64,000 nucleotides of DNA, taken from Candidatus Methylomirabilota bacterium. Its GTDB lineage: Bacteria; Methylomirabilota; Methylomirabilia; Rokubacteriales; CSP1-6. The notes under the pieces were generated by a model. That model made no database searches. It was not told the DNA's origin and saw nothing but the letters and a program-made list of their open reading frames with translations. The translations under genes were made by a program, and so were the position numbers. Below are positions 35,202 through 43,903 of this stretch, in pieces; the first letter of the stretch is position 1; each line of letters opens with the position of its first letter. The DNA lies in contig DASWJN010000144.1 of NCBI GenBank assembly GCA_036397135.1, forward strand, positions 266 to 64,265. Reading direction: 5' to 3'.

Positions 35202-37313
35202 TCAGCGCGCCTCCAGCAATGCCGCCGCCCGCGCCACCGCGCGATGGGCGCGCCCCGCCAGCGCCACCTGGCCTGCGGCCGCCAGCATGGCCGGTGCGCC
35301 GGGCTGCCCGCGCAGCGGCCGCACGACGGCGCGCTCGCGTCCCCGTCGCAGCTCGATCGACTCCAGCCGGCCCAGCGCCGCCTCGTCGTGGCCGGTGACC
35401 AGCGCCTCGTGCACCGCGCGCGCCATGCCGGCGAGCACGCCGCTGTCCCGCTCCGCGAACACGTAGACGCCCGGCGCCGCGCCCGCGGCGCCGGCGACCG
35501 AGGACGTGACCGCCCCGAACACCGCCAGCGCCCGCGCGGCCTCGCCGAGCCGGCGGTGGCCGCTGCCCCCCTGGGCGGGCGCCGTCGTGACCGCGCTCAG
35601 CGCGACGCCCGGCGCCGCGATCGCCATCACGGCGCCGGTGGCCCGCCCGGCCCGCGCGGAGAGCAGCTCGAGCATCGCCACCGGTCCGTTGCGGCGGACC
35701 GCGGCGACGAGGCACCCCCGACTGCCGAGCGGCGTCAGCACGCAGGCCACGCGCGAGGTCCGGATCGTCATCTGCTCGACGACCCACGGCGCCAGGCGCT
35801 CGATGAGCGCCGCCGCCCGCGCGGCCAGCGCGTCGATGGGCTCGCGCACGAGCGTCGGAGGGACGAAGCACACGAGCGGGCGCCCGCCCGGGCGACGCGT
35901 CCGCCAGTCGAAGGCGCCCAGCGGCGTCAGGCCGAGCGCGAGGGCGCGGGCCAGGGCTTCGCTCTCTTCGGTCTCGAGCGTGGCGGCGACCGGCGCCGCG
36001 ACGGCTGGCGCCGGCGTGCGATCGGCCACCGGGGGCGCGGGCACGGCCACGACGGGCGGCTCGTCAGGCGCGACGGCGACGGGGGCCGGCGGCGAAGGCT
36101 CCGCGATCGTCATCGCCGGCGGCGGCGAGGGCTCGGCCGCGACCGGGGCCTCGGGCATCGGCGGCCCCGGGTTGAACGGCGCGGGGAACTGGCCGATCTC
36201 CGAGAGGTCGGCGGCGGGCGCCTCGCGGCGCCACAGCTCGGTGGGGACCTGGCGCACGACCTCGTCCATCGGCAACGAGAGCCCCCATCCCGCGAGGCGC
36301 TGGCGCATCTCGGCGGGCGGCGCTGCGAACGCCAGCTCGGGAAACTGGTCTTCGATCAGCGTCCAGGCAATCTCGACGGCGCCCTCGCCGAGCTGAGGCA
36401 GGATGAGCCGCTGCGGCACCAGCAGCACGTGCGGCTCACGCAGGCTCTCGGCCAGCCGCTCGGGCGGGAGCAGAAAGGCGGTGGGCGGCAGCTGCGCGGC
36501 GACCCGCGCGAACGTGATGCGCACGACCGGCTCGTCGGCCACGGGCGGCTGGTGCGTGGCCACGGACGGCGGCCTGGGCGCGGGGGCCGGCAGCTCGACC
36601 GCGGGCGGCGGAGGCGGCGCCGGGGGGGGCACGCTCGGAGGCTGCGGCGTGAAAGCGATCGGCTCCGGAACGTCGTTCGGCAGCTCCAGCACGGCCACCG
36701 CCGGCTGCGCAGGCTCGGAGAGCTCGACCGGCCGCGGATGCCCGGCGCGCTCGAACGACGTGGGTCCAGGTCGCGCCGTCCGCGCAGAGAGCGGCGACAG
36801 TCGCAGCACCGCGTCCCAGTTGGGTGCCGCCGCCGAGAGTGCCGGGTCGGGCGGCCGCGCGGCGGGCGGCGCGCTCCCCATCCACTCGACCCGCAAGGCA
36901 GTGCGCACCGGGACGAGGCGGCTGCGCCAGGCCAGCATCACCACCGGCGCGGCGACGAGATGGACGATCGGGGCGGGCAGGTAGGTCCAGAGCGCGCGCA
37001 GCAGCGCGCCCTCCAGCGACATCGGATGCGCCAGCGAGAGCGTGAACGCGCTGGCCAGCGCCAGCGCGACGTTGACGCCGCAGGCAGCCAGCGCCCAGCC
37101 GATCCGGCGGTCCAGCGGCAGGCGGCGCAGCCCGACCAGCGCGAGCGCGAGGTAGAGCACGGGGGGCGCCGTCGCGACTTTCCACGACGGCATGGCCAGC
37201 CCCCGTCCGAGCTCGGCCTCGAAGAGCACGGTGGTGGCCGCGGCCGCGGCCCCCGCCACGGCGACGACCCGGAGCGCGCGCGACAGACGGACCCGGGTGC
37301 GATGTCTGGCCAT
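35202..37313 (-). CDS. membrane-anchored Pro/Ala-rich protein with two Roadblock-like C-terminal repeats, function unknown (operon gene 8)
   Basis: 703-aa ORF. About four N-terminal TM helices, long PxP linkers, a conserved-looking block VVRITFARVAAQLPPTAFLL...LILPQLGEGAVEIAW, then RPLVCFVPP...GCLVAAVRRNGPVAMLE and GVYVFAERDSGVLAGM segments. Confidence 0.6.
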   Translation of the reverse strand: MARHRTRVRLSRALRVVAVAGAAAAATTVLFEAELGRGLAMPSWKVATAPPVLYLALALVGLRRLPLDRRIGWALAACGVNVALALASAFTLSLAHPMSLEGALLRALWTYLPAPIVHLVAAPVVMLAWRSRLVPVRTALRVEWMGSAPPAARPPDPALSAAAPNWDAVLRLSPLSARTARPGPTSFERAGHPRPVELSEPAQPAVAVLELPNDVPEPIAFTPQPPSVPPPAPPPPPAVELPAPAPRPPSVATHQPPVADEPVVRITFARVAAQLPPTAFLLPPERLAESLREPHVLLVPQRLILPQLGEGAVEIAWTLIEDQFPELAFAAPPAEMRQRLAGWGLSLPMDEVVRQVPTELWRREAPAADLSEIGQFPAPFNPGPPMPEAPVAAEPSPPPAMTIAEPSPPAPVAVAPDEPPVVAVPAPPVADRTPAPAVAAPVAATLETEESEALARALALGLTPLGAFDWRTRRPGGRPLVCFVPPTLVREPIDALAARAAALIERLAPWVVEQMTIRTSRVACVLTPLGSRGCLVAAVRRNGPVAMLELLSARAGRATGAVMAIAAPGVALSAVTTAPAQGGSGHRRLGEAARALAVFGAVTSSVAGAAGAAPGVYVFAERDSGVLAGMARAVHEALVTGHDEAALGRLESIELRRGRERAVVRPLRGQPGAPAMLAAAGQVALAGRAHRAVARAAALLEAR

Positions 37314-37316
37314 GGC

Positions 37317-38231
37317 TCAGACCGCCTGCAGCAGCTCCGGCACGGCCTTTTTGGCGAAGTAGCGCACCTTGCCGAGCACGGCCGGCTCGCCGAGCGCGAC
37401 CGCCAGGAGGGCGGAGGCGCCGACCCCGTACAGCACGATCAAGCCCTGCTCGTACTCGAGGATCATCCCCTGGAGCGGGCCGCGCCCGAGCTCGCGCCCG
37501 AGCCCCTCGGACGACTCGGCCAGGCAGGCGCTCAGCGCGCCGGCCACCTCGGCGCCGACGGCGTCCTCGGCCGACGCGTCGAGCAGAAAGCCCTCGCGAT
37601 CGGCCAGGACCGCCCACTGTACGCCGTCGATCGCGGCGAACTGCCGGAGCACGGCCGTGGTGCCCGTGGCCGCGGGTAGTGCCGGGGGCGCCGGCGGCAT
37701 CACCGCGTCCGCCGCCGCGACCGTGGGCGGCGGCGCCGCCAGGGGCGGCTCGACGTGCCCGTTGCTCCCGTTGAGCGCGGGCGCGGCGACGGACAGCGGG
37801 GCGGGCGTGACCGGCTCCGGTCGCGCCACCGGCGGATCGGCCGGCGCGGCGGGCGCCTCCCGCCGCGGGGGCGTCAGCAGCGTGTCGAGCCGGCGCAGCA
37901 GGTCGTCGGCGGCGAACGGCTTGCTGAGGACGTCGGCCGACTGCACGCGGGCGGCCCGCTCGCGCACGGCGTCGTTCACGATGCCGGACATCAGGAGCAC
38001 CGGCGTGCGCCCCAGCCGGGGGTGGCGCTTCACGAAGTCGCAGATCTCGTAACCGTCCTTGTCGGGCATCACGACGTCGCAGACCACCACGTCGGGCTCG
38101 TCGCGCTCGATCCGTTCCAGGGCCTCACTGCCGGTCGCCGCGCACACCACCTCGATCTGCCGTCCCACCAGCGCCCGCTCCACCACCTTGCGTACGCTGA
38201 GGCTGTCGTCGACCACCAGCACCTTGGCCAT
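37317..38231 (-). CDS. response regulator receiver fused to a Roadblock/LC7 domain (operon gene 7)
   Basis: MAKVLVVDDSLSVRK...DVVVCDVVMPDKDGYE...SKPF (intact REC), a Pro-rich linker, then VQWAVLADREGFLLDASA...GMILEYEQGLIVLYGVG. Confidence 0.75.
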   Translation of the reverse strand: MAKVLVVDDSLSVRKVVERALVGRQIEVVCAATGSEALERIERDEPDVVVCDVVMPDKDGYEICDFVKRHPRLGRTPVLLMSGIVNDAVRERAARVQSADVLSKPFAADDLLRRLDTLLTPPRREAPAAPADPPVARPEPVTPAPLSVAAPALNGSNGHVEPPLAAPPPTVAAADAVMPPAPPALPAATGTTAVLRQFAAIDGVQWAVLADREGFLLDASAEDAVGAEVAGALSACLAESSEGLGRELGRGPLQGMILEYEQGLIVLYGVGASALLAVALGEPAVLGKVRYFAKKAVPELLQAV

Positions 38232-38235
38232 GTCC

Positions 38236-39333
38236 CTATCCCTTCTCGTCGATCGCGGTCGCGCTGCTCAGCAGCAGCCGGTCCACCGTCTTGTCGATCG
38301 TGCGCGGCAGACCCGGTGATTGGCCGCCCTTGGTCGGCAGGAAGCAGAAGCGACCGGCCTCGTCGTCGTGGCACGCCGCCAGGAGTGCCCCGAACGCCGC
38401 CTCCCCCACGGCGTTGCGGTACTCGGCGTGGACCACGCGGCCCTTCTCGAAGACCAGCAGCCCCCCACCCTGCGGCAGCGCCAAAATCAAGCGTCCGCTC
38501 TTGCCGCCCGCCGCGATCGCCTGGGTCAGATCGGCCAGCTCCATCACCTCGAGCGAGCCCTGGAAGGTGCCGCTCGGCATCGACAGCAGCTCGGCCGCCG
38601 GCGAGACGGCGGCGGGGGAACCGGGGGCCGCCGGCACGCTCGGATCGGGCGAAGGCGGCGGGAGCGGCGCGATCCGTGGCGGCCGCGGCAGCGCGGCGCT
38701 CTCCGCCGCTGAAGCCGCGGTGGGCAGTGTGGACTTCGACCACGGCGCGGCCGCGGCGGCGGTGGCGGCCGTCGCATAGGGACGGGGCGGATCGGCGTGC
38801 GGCGGCGCGGCGGGCTCGGGGCGCAGCCGCGGCACCGCCGGAGCCGGTTCGGCCCGGGGCCCGGGCTCGGCCGTGACCGCCGCCGGAGCCGGCGCTCCCG
38901 CCATCGGCGACGGCGCGGGCCCGGAGGCGCCGGCCGCCCGCGGGGAGGCGGCGGACTCGGCGGCATGTGTGCGATCGCCTCGCATGAGGCGCAGGATCAG
39001 CGGGACGATGGCGCTGCCCGTCATCGCGGACGGCAGCACCAGATCGACGCCGGCCGCGGCGGTCTCGGCGGCGGTGACCTCATCGGGCCCGGCCACCAGC
39101 ACGAAGCGGACGTCCCGCGTGCCGGGATCGGCCTTGAGGATCGCGCACAGCTCGTGGCCATCCAGGTCCTCGGTACGGGCCCGGCTCACCACGATGTCGT
39201 GGCGGTTGTGCTCCAGCATGGTGAGGGCGAAGGCGCCGCTCGGCGTCACCGTGACCTCGGCGCCGCCGGTGCGCAGCGTCTGCGTCAGCGCGGGCGCCCG
39301 CGTGGCGTCGGCGTCGACCACCAGCACCTTCAC
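38236..39333 (-). CDS. receiver-like (pseudo-receiver) domain fused to a DUF4388/PATAN-like domain (operon gene 6)
   Basis: MKVLVVDADATR...DIVVSRARTEDLDGHEL has Arg at the phospho-Asp position. The C-terminus GSLEVMELADLTQAIAAGGKSGRLILA...LLVFEKGRVVHAEYRNAVGEAAFGALL...GRFCF fits DUF4388. Confidence 0.7.
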   Translation of the reverse strand: MKVLVVDADATRAPALTQTLRTGGAEVTVTPSGAFALTMLEHNRHDIVVSRARTEDLDGHELCAILKADPGTRDVRFVLVAGPDEVTAAETAAAGVDLVLPSAMTGSAIVPLILRLMRGDRTHAAESAASPRAAGASGPAPSPMAGAPAPAAVTAEPGPRAEPAPAVPRLRPEPAAPPHADPPRPYATAATAAAAAPWSKSTLPTAASAAESAALPRPPRIAPLPPPSPDPSVPAAPGSPAAVSPAAELLSMPSGTFQGSLEVMELADLTQAIAAGGKSGRLILALPQGGGLLVFEKGRVVHAEYRNAVGEAAFGALLAACHDDEAGRFCFLPTKGGQSPGLPRTIDKTVDRLLLSSATAIDEKG

Positions 39334-42107
39334 GACGAGGCCTCCGGGCCGGTGCCCGGCGCCAGCGACGCGACGAGCCGCACGAAGGCGCCCTCGGCCA
39401 CCGGCTTCGTCACGTAGTGGTCGACGCCGAGCCGGCCGGCGAGCGAGCGGTGCTTGACGCCGGCGCGGGTCGTGAGCACGACGACGGGAAGCTCGCGGGT
39501 GGCCGGCCGGCGCCGGACGTCCTCGAGCAGCTCGTAGCCGTTGAGCCCCGGCATCTCGAGATCCGTGACCATCACGTCGAACCGCGACTCGCCGAGCCTG
39601 GTCAGCGCCTCGGCGCCGTCGGGCGCCGTCGTCACGTCGAACCCCGCCTTGTCCAGCATCTGCCCCACGAATTTCCGCACGCTGATCGAGTCGTCCACCA
39701 GCAACACCCTCCGTCGTGGATCACCGGCGACGCCGGCGCCCGGGGTTGGACCGAAGTTCGTGTGAGCGTTCCGCGCGCTCCGCCTCGTGTCCGACTCGGC
39801 GCCGAGTGGACGGGAGCGACGGCCGGGCGACGTCGCCAGCTCGCCCAGCCGCGCCGGGTCGAGCAGCAGCGTCACGCGCCCATCGGCGGAGACGGTGGCG
39901 CCGGCGTAAGGCCCGATGCCGTCGAGGAACGCGCCGAGCGGCTTGACGACGATCTCCGCTCTGTGCAGCACCTGCTCCACCGCGCACGCGAACAGCCCGC
40001 CGCCGCCCCGCAGCGCCAGGACGGGCAGGGACGCCGAGGGCGGCGCCGGCGGCCGGCCCAGCGCATCGTCGAGGTGAATGAGCGGCACCCACCGCCCCTC
40101 GACGAGCGCCGCGTCGCCGTCCGGCCCCGCCCGCCGCGCCGCGGTGCCGAGCGTGGCGATCACGTGCACGGCGTTGAGGGGCACCGCCAGCACTTCGCCG
40201 GCCGCCCGCACCAGCAGGGCCTCGGTGACGAGCACCGTGAGCGGCAGGCGAAGCGTGAATCGGGTGCCGGCGCCCGGCTCGGTGGCGACCTCGATCTCGC
40301 CGTTCAGCCGGCCGACGTTGGTGCGCACCACGTCCATGCCCACGCCGCGGCCGGCCGTGGTCGTCACCTCGGCCGCGGTGCTGAAGCCCGGCCGGAAGAT
40401 CAGGTCGAGCGCCTCACGCTCCGTCATCGCCGCCGCCGTGTCCGGCCGCACGAAGCCCTGGCTGACCGCCCGCCGGCGCAGGTCGTCGGCGTCGATGCCG
40501 CGCCCGTCGTCGGCGACCTCCACCACGACGAAGGCGCCGCGATGGCTGGCTCCCAGCGTCACGGTGCCGGCCGGAGGCTTGCCGCGCGCCCGGCGCTCGT
40601 CGGGCGTCTCGATGCCGTGCCCGACGGCGTTCTGCACCAGGTGCAGCAGCGGGTCCACGATGTGTTCGATGACGCCGGCATCCAGCTCCACCGACTCGCC
40701 GCTGGTCTCGAAGCGCACGCTCTTGCCGGCCGTGCGGGCCGCCTCCTGGCCCTGGCGGACGAAGCGCGTGTAGAGCGTGCCGATCGGCACCAGCCGCGCG
40801 CGCCCGAGCCCGGCCCGCACCTCGCCGGTCAGCCGGTGCACGAGGGCGAGGTCCTCGCGGGCGGCGCGGCCCAGCGCCGTCAGCTCCGTCTGGACCTCGG
40901 CGATGTCCGAGGCGATCTCGGCCACGCTGCGGGCCAGCAGCGTGAAGTCGTCGTACCGGTCGAACTCCAGCTCGGCAAACAGCTCGGCGACCGAGCGGGG
41001 GCGCGGGTGGCGCGTCTCGCCCCCGTCGTCCGCGCCGGCGCGCGCGGGCAGCCGCGCGTCGAGGTGACGGCGCTCGAAATCGGCGACGGCCTCGCCCAGC
41101 CTCGCGCGCGTCGTGAACAGCAGCTCGCCGAGCCGGTCCACCTCGGCCAGCCGGCGCTCGAGGGTGCTGCGGGCGACGATCAGCTCCCCGACCAGATCCA
41201 TCAGGGCGTCGAGGCGCTCCAGGGGGACCCGGATCGTCTGCCGGCCGGCGGGCGCCCGGGCCGGGGAGCGGGGCGGCGGCGGCGAAATCGGCCGCGGCCT
41301 CGCCGGCACCGGAACGATCGCCGCCGCCTCCACCGGTGCCGCCCGCGGCATGGGCTCGGCCGCGCCGAGGAGCGAGGTGAGCCGCTCCCGCAGCCGGACA
41401 ACGACGGCCGTGAGATCGACCGCGGCGGCACCGGCCGGGTCGAGCATGAGCTTGAGGGCGTCGACGGTGGCGAGCGAGGCGTCGAGCGCGGGCGGCGTCA
41501 TCGGTGTCCGGCCCTCGCGGACGGCGACGAGCAGATCCTCCAGGCCGTGGGCCAGCTCGCCGATCGGGGTGCAGCCGACCACGAACGCCGCCCCCTTGAG
41601 GGTGTGCACCGCCCGGAACAGCTCGGCGAGACCCGCCTCGCTCCGGCCCTCGCGCTCGAGGGCGACAATGGCGCCGGTCATCGCCTCGAGATGCTCGGCC
41701 GCTTCCGGGAGAAAATACGCGAGGACCTCGTCGCCGTCGGCGAAGAAGCGGGCCAGCTCCCGGCGGACCGGATCGGGCGGGGTCTCGGGCGCCGGTGTGT
41801 CGAGCGCCGACTTGAGCGCCTCCAGCAGCGCGGCGAGCTCGCCCACCGCAATCTCGCCCGCGGCCCGGGAGGCGCCTGGCAACGGCGCGAACGCCAGCTC
41901 CACCGCGCCGGCGAGTGCGGCGACGCCGGGGAAGCCGTGCAGCGAGGCGGCGCCCTTCAACCGGTGCGTGACGACGAAGAGCTCGTCCCAGGCCGGTTCG
42001 GCGCCGGCGGCGAGCCGGCCGATCCCCTCCTCGATGACCGCGAGCGTGTCCCACGCTTCCACGAGGAAGATCGACCGGAGGACATCCTGGTCGGACGGCT
42101 CGTCCAT
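39330..42107 (-). CDS. cheA: CheA-type histidine kinase with two Hpt domains, a CheW-like domain and a C-terminal receiver (operon gene 5)
   Basis: 925-aa ORF. Hpt motifs VVTHRLKGAA and RAVHTLKGAA, IRVPLERLDALMDLVGELIV, HATPase (HLVQNAVGHGIE, DDGRGID, GRGVGMDVV), CheW-like VLAVPLNAVHVI, REC RRVLLVDDSISVRK...DVMVTDLEMPGLNGYE...TKP. Confidence 0.9.
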   Translation of the reverse strand: MDEPSDQDVLRSIFLVEAWDTLAVIEEGIGRLAAGAEPAWDELFVVTHRLKGAASLHGFPGVAALAGAVELAFAPLPGASRAAGEIAVGELAALLEALKSALDTPAPETPPDPVRRELARFFADGDEVLAYFLPEAAEHLEAMTGAIVALEREGRSEAGLAELFRAVHTLKGAAFVVGCTPIGELAHGLEDLLVAVREGRTPMTPPALDASLATVDALKLMLDPAGAAAVDLTAVVVRLRERLTSLLGAAEPMPRAAPVEAAAIVPVPARPRPISPPPPRSPARAPAGRQTIRVPLERLDALMDLVGELIVARSTLERRLAEVDRLGELLFTTRARLGEAVADFERRHLDARLPARAGADDGGETRHPRPRSVAELFAELEFDRYDDFTLLARSVAEIASDIAEVQTELTALGRAAREDLALVHRLTGEVRAGLGRARLVPIGTLYTRFVRQGQEAARTAGKSVRFETSGESVELDAGVIEHIVDPLLHLVQNAVGHGIETPDERRARGKPPAGTVTLGASHRGAFVVVEVADDGRGIDADDLRRRAVSQGFVRPDTAAAMTEREALDLIFRPGFSTAAEVTTTAGRGVGMDVVRTNVGRLNGEIEVATEPGAGTRFTLRLPLTVLVTEALLVRAAGEVLAVPLNAVHVIATLGTAARRAGPDGDAALVEGRWVPLIHLDDALGRPPAPPSASLPVLALRGGGGLFACAVEQVLHRAEIVVKPLGAFLDGIGPYAGATVSADGRVTLLLDPARLGELATSPGRRSRPLGAESDTRRSARNAHTNFGPTPGAGVAGDPRRRVLLVDDSISVRKFVGQMLDKAGFDVTTAPDGAEALTRLGESRFDVMVTDLEMPGLNGYELLEDVRRRPATRELPVVVLTTRAGVKHRSLAGRLGVDHYVTKPVAEGAFVRLVASLAPGTGPEASS

Positions 42108-42115
42108 GCTCGGGC

Positions 42116-43891
42116 TCAGGCCGCGGCCAGCTTGAACCGTGCGAGGCTTCGGGTCAGTTCGTCGGCCAGCTTCACGAGGTCCTCGACGGTCCGGCGGGTC
42201 TGGAGCACCGCCTGCTCGGTGTCGACGGCGACCTGGGCGATGGACTGCATGGCCCGCGCGACCCCCTCCACGCCGTCGACCTGCTCGGCGCTCGTCCGCG
42301 AGATGCCCTCGGCCAGCTCGGCCGAGGCCGTGGACGTCCCGGCGATCTCCCGGAGGTGCTCCTCGGCGCGGATCGTCATCTGGTAGCCGGCCTCGACCTC
42401 GCGCGTCCCCTCCTCCATGGCCGCGACCGCCTCCTGCGTCTCGGTCTGCACGGCACGGATGAGGCCGGCGACGTCCTTGGTGGCCGTGGCCGCCCGCTCG
42501 GCCAGCTTGCGGATCTCGTCGGCGACGACGCCGAACCGGAGGCCCGCCTCGCCGGCGCCGGCCGCCTCGATGGCGGCGTTGAGCGCCAGCAGATTCGTGT
42601 GCGAGGCCAGCTCCTCGATCAGGTGGACGATCTCGGAAATCTCCAGCGAGCGGTCGCCGAGGCCCTTGATCTTCTTGGCGATGATCTGGACCTCGCCGCG
42701 AATGCGCTGCATGCCGTCCAGGCTGTCGCGCACCGCCTGGTCGCCCTGGCGGGCGGCTTCGAGCGTGTGGCGGGCGGCGCCGGCGGCCGCCCCGGCAGTC
42801 GTGGCGACCTCGCGGACGGAACGGCTCATGGCCTCCATGGCGCGGCTGATCGTCGTGACCTCCCGGGCCTGGGCCTGGGCGCCGCTGGCCATCTGGTCGG
42901 TGGCGCCGGTCATGTCGCTGGCGCCGGCCGCCACCCGCAGGGCGGCGTGCCGCACCTCGGCCAGGATCGCGGCGATCTCCTCCACCATGACGTTGATGGA
43001 GTCCACGACGTTGCCGAGCACGTCGGGCGTCACCTGGCCGCGGCGGGAGAGGTCGCCCTGGGCGATCTCCATCGCGGTATCCAGGAAGGTCTGGATGTTC
43101 TTCTGCAGCGCCTCGCGCTTGCGCTTCTCCTCATCGCGCTCGGCCTCGGTCATGACCTGCGCGCGCAGCCGGACGACCGTGTCGTTGAAGGTGTGGGCCA
43201 GCCGGCCGATCTCGTCGCGGGCGCCGACCGTGACCGTCTCGGTGAGGTCGCCGCGGCCGACCCGCTCGGCCACGCGCACGAGCTCGGCGATCGGGCGGGT
43301 GAGCCGCCGGGCGAACACCACGCCGGCCGCCACGGCCACGATCGCGACGCCGCCGAAGACGGCGAACAGGAACCAGCCGGACCGGGCGGCGGCCGCGTCG
43401 ATGCTCGCGCGGTCCATGCCGACCCGGACCGTGCCGAGCGTGCCGCCCAGCATCGGCACGCCGATATCGATGATGCGCCGGGACGCGCCCGTCACGGGGT
43501 GGGCGTACTCGATCTCGTGCACCTGCTTGGCGAGATCGCCCGCCACCAGGTTCTTTTCGACCAGGTCGGGCGGCACGAACGGCACGAACGTGTGGGCGAT
43601 CGGCGTCGTGTTCGCGTCGTAGACCATGACGTACGCCACGCCGCTGATCCCCGCGAACTGGTCGATCAACGCCTGCACCGTGGAGGCGTCGCGCGTGAGG
43701 ATGAGGTCGACGCCGGAGGAGGCCAGGCTGTTGGCGATGGCCGTGCCCTTGGAGGTGAACTCCTCGGTCATCCGCTCCCGCAACGTCTGCACCGAGACGT
43801 ACCAGGTCACGGCGGCCAGCGGAATGAGGACGGCCGCCAGGAACCCGTTGATCCTCGCCAGGAGACCGAACCGCGGCGGGCTGCTCTTCAT
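42116..43891 (-). CDS. methyl-accepting chemotaxis protein with periplasmic sensor domain and HAMP (operon gene 4)
   Basis: 591-aa ORF. Two TM segments flank a roughly 150-aa domain. [25 protein letters not shown]. Signalling hairpin [42 protein letters not shown]. Confidence 0.9.
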   Translation of the reverse strand: MKSSPPRFGLLARINGFLAAVLIPLAAVTWYVSVQTLRERMTEEFTSKGTAIANSLASSGVDLILTRDASTVQALIDQFAGISGVAYVMVYDANTTPIAHTFVPFVPPDLVEKNLVAGDLAKQVHEIEYAHPVTGASRRIIDIGVPMLGGTLGTVRVGMDRASIDAAAARSGWFLFAVFGGVAIVAVAAGVVFARRLTRPIAELVRVAERVGRGDLTETVTVGARDEIGRLAHTFNDTVVRLRAQVMTEAERDEEKRKREALQKNIQTFLDTAMEIAQGDLSRRGQVTPDVLGNVVDSINVMVEEIAAILAEVRHAALRVAAGASDMTGATDQMASGAQAQAREVTTISRAMEAMSRSVREVATTAGAAAGAARHTLEAARQGDQAVRDSLDGMQRIRGEVQIIAKKIKGLGDRSLEISEIVHLIEELASHTNLLALNAAIEAAGAGEAGLRFGVVADEIRKLAERAATATKDVAGLIRAVQTETQEAVAAMEEGTREVEAGYQMTIRAEEHLREIAGTSTASAELAEGISRTSAEQVDGVEGVARAMQSIAQVAVDTEQAVLQTRRTVEDLVKLADELTRSLARFKLAAA

Positions 43892-43903
43892 GACGCGCTC
43901 TCC

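Noticed and set aside
36000-36700. Repetitive-looking GC-rich DNA (also 33750-33900, 37680-37860, 38620-38960) that could be mistaken for tandem repeats or a degenerate CRISPR-like array.
   Set aside because: These are in-frame Pro/Ala-rich linker regions of operon genes 6, 7, 8 and 11. There is no regular repeat-spacer periodicity.
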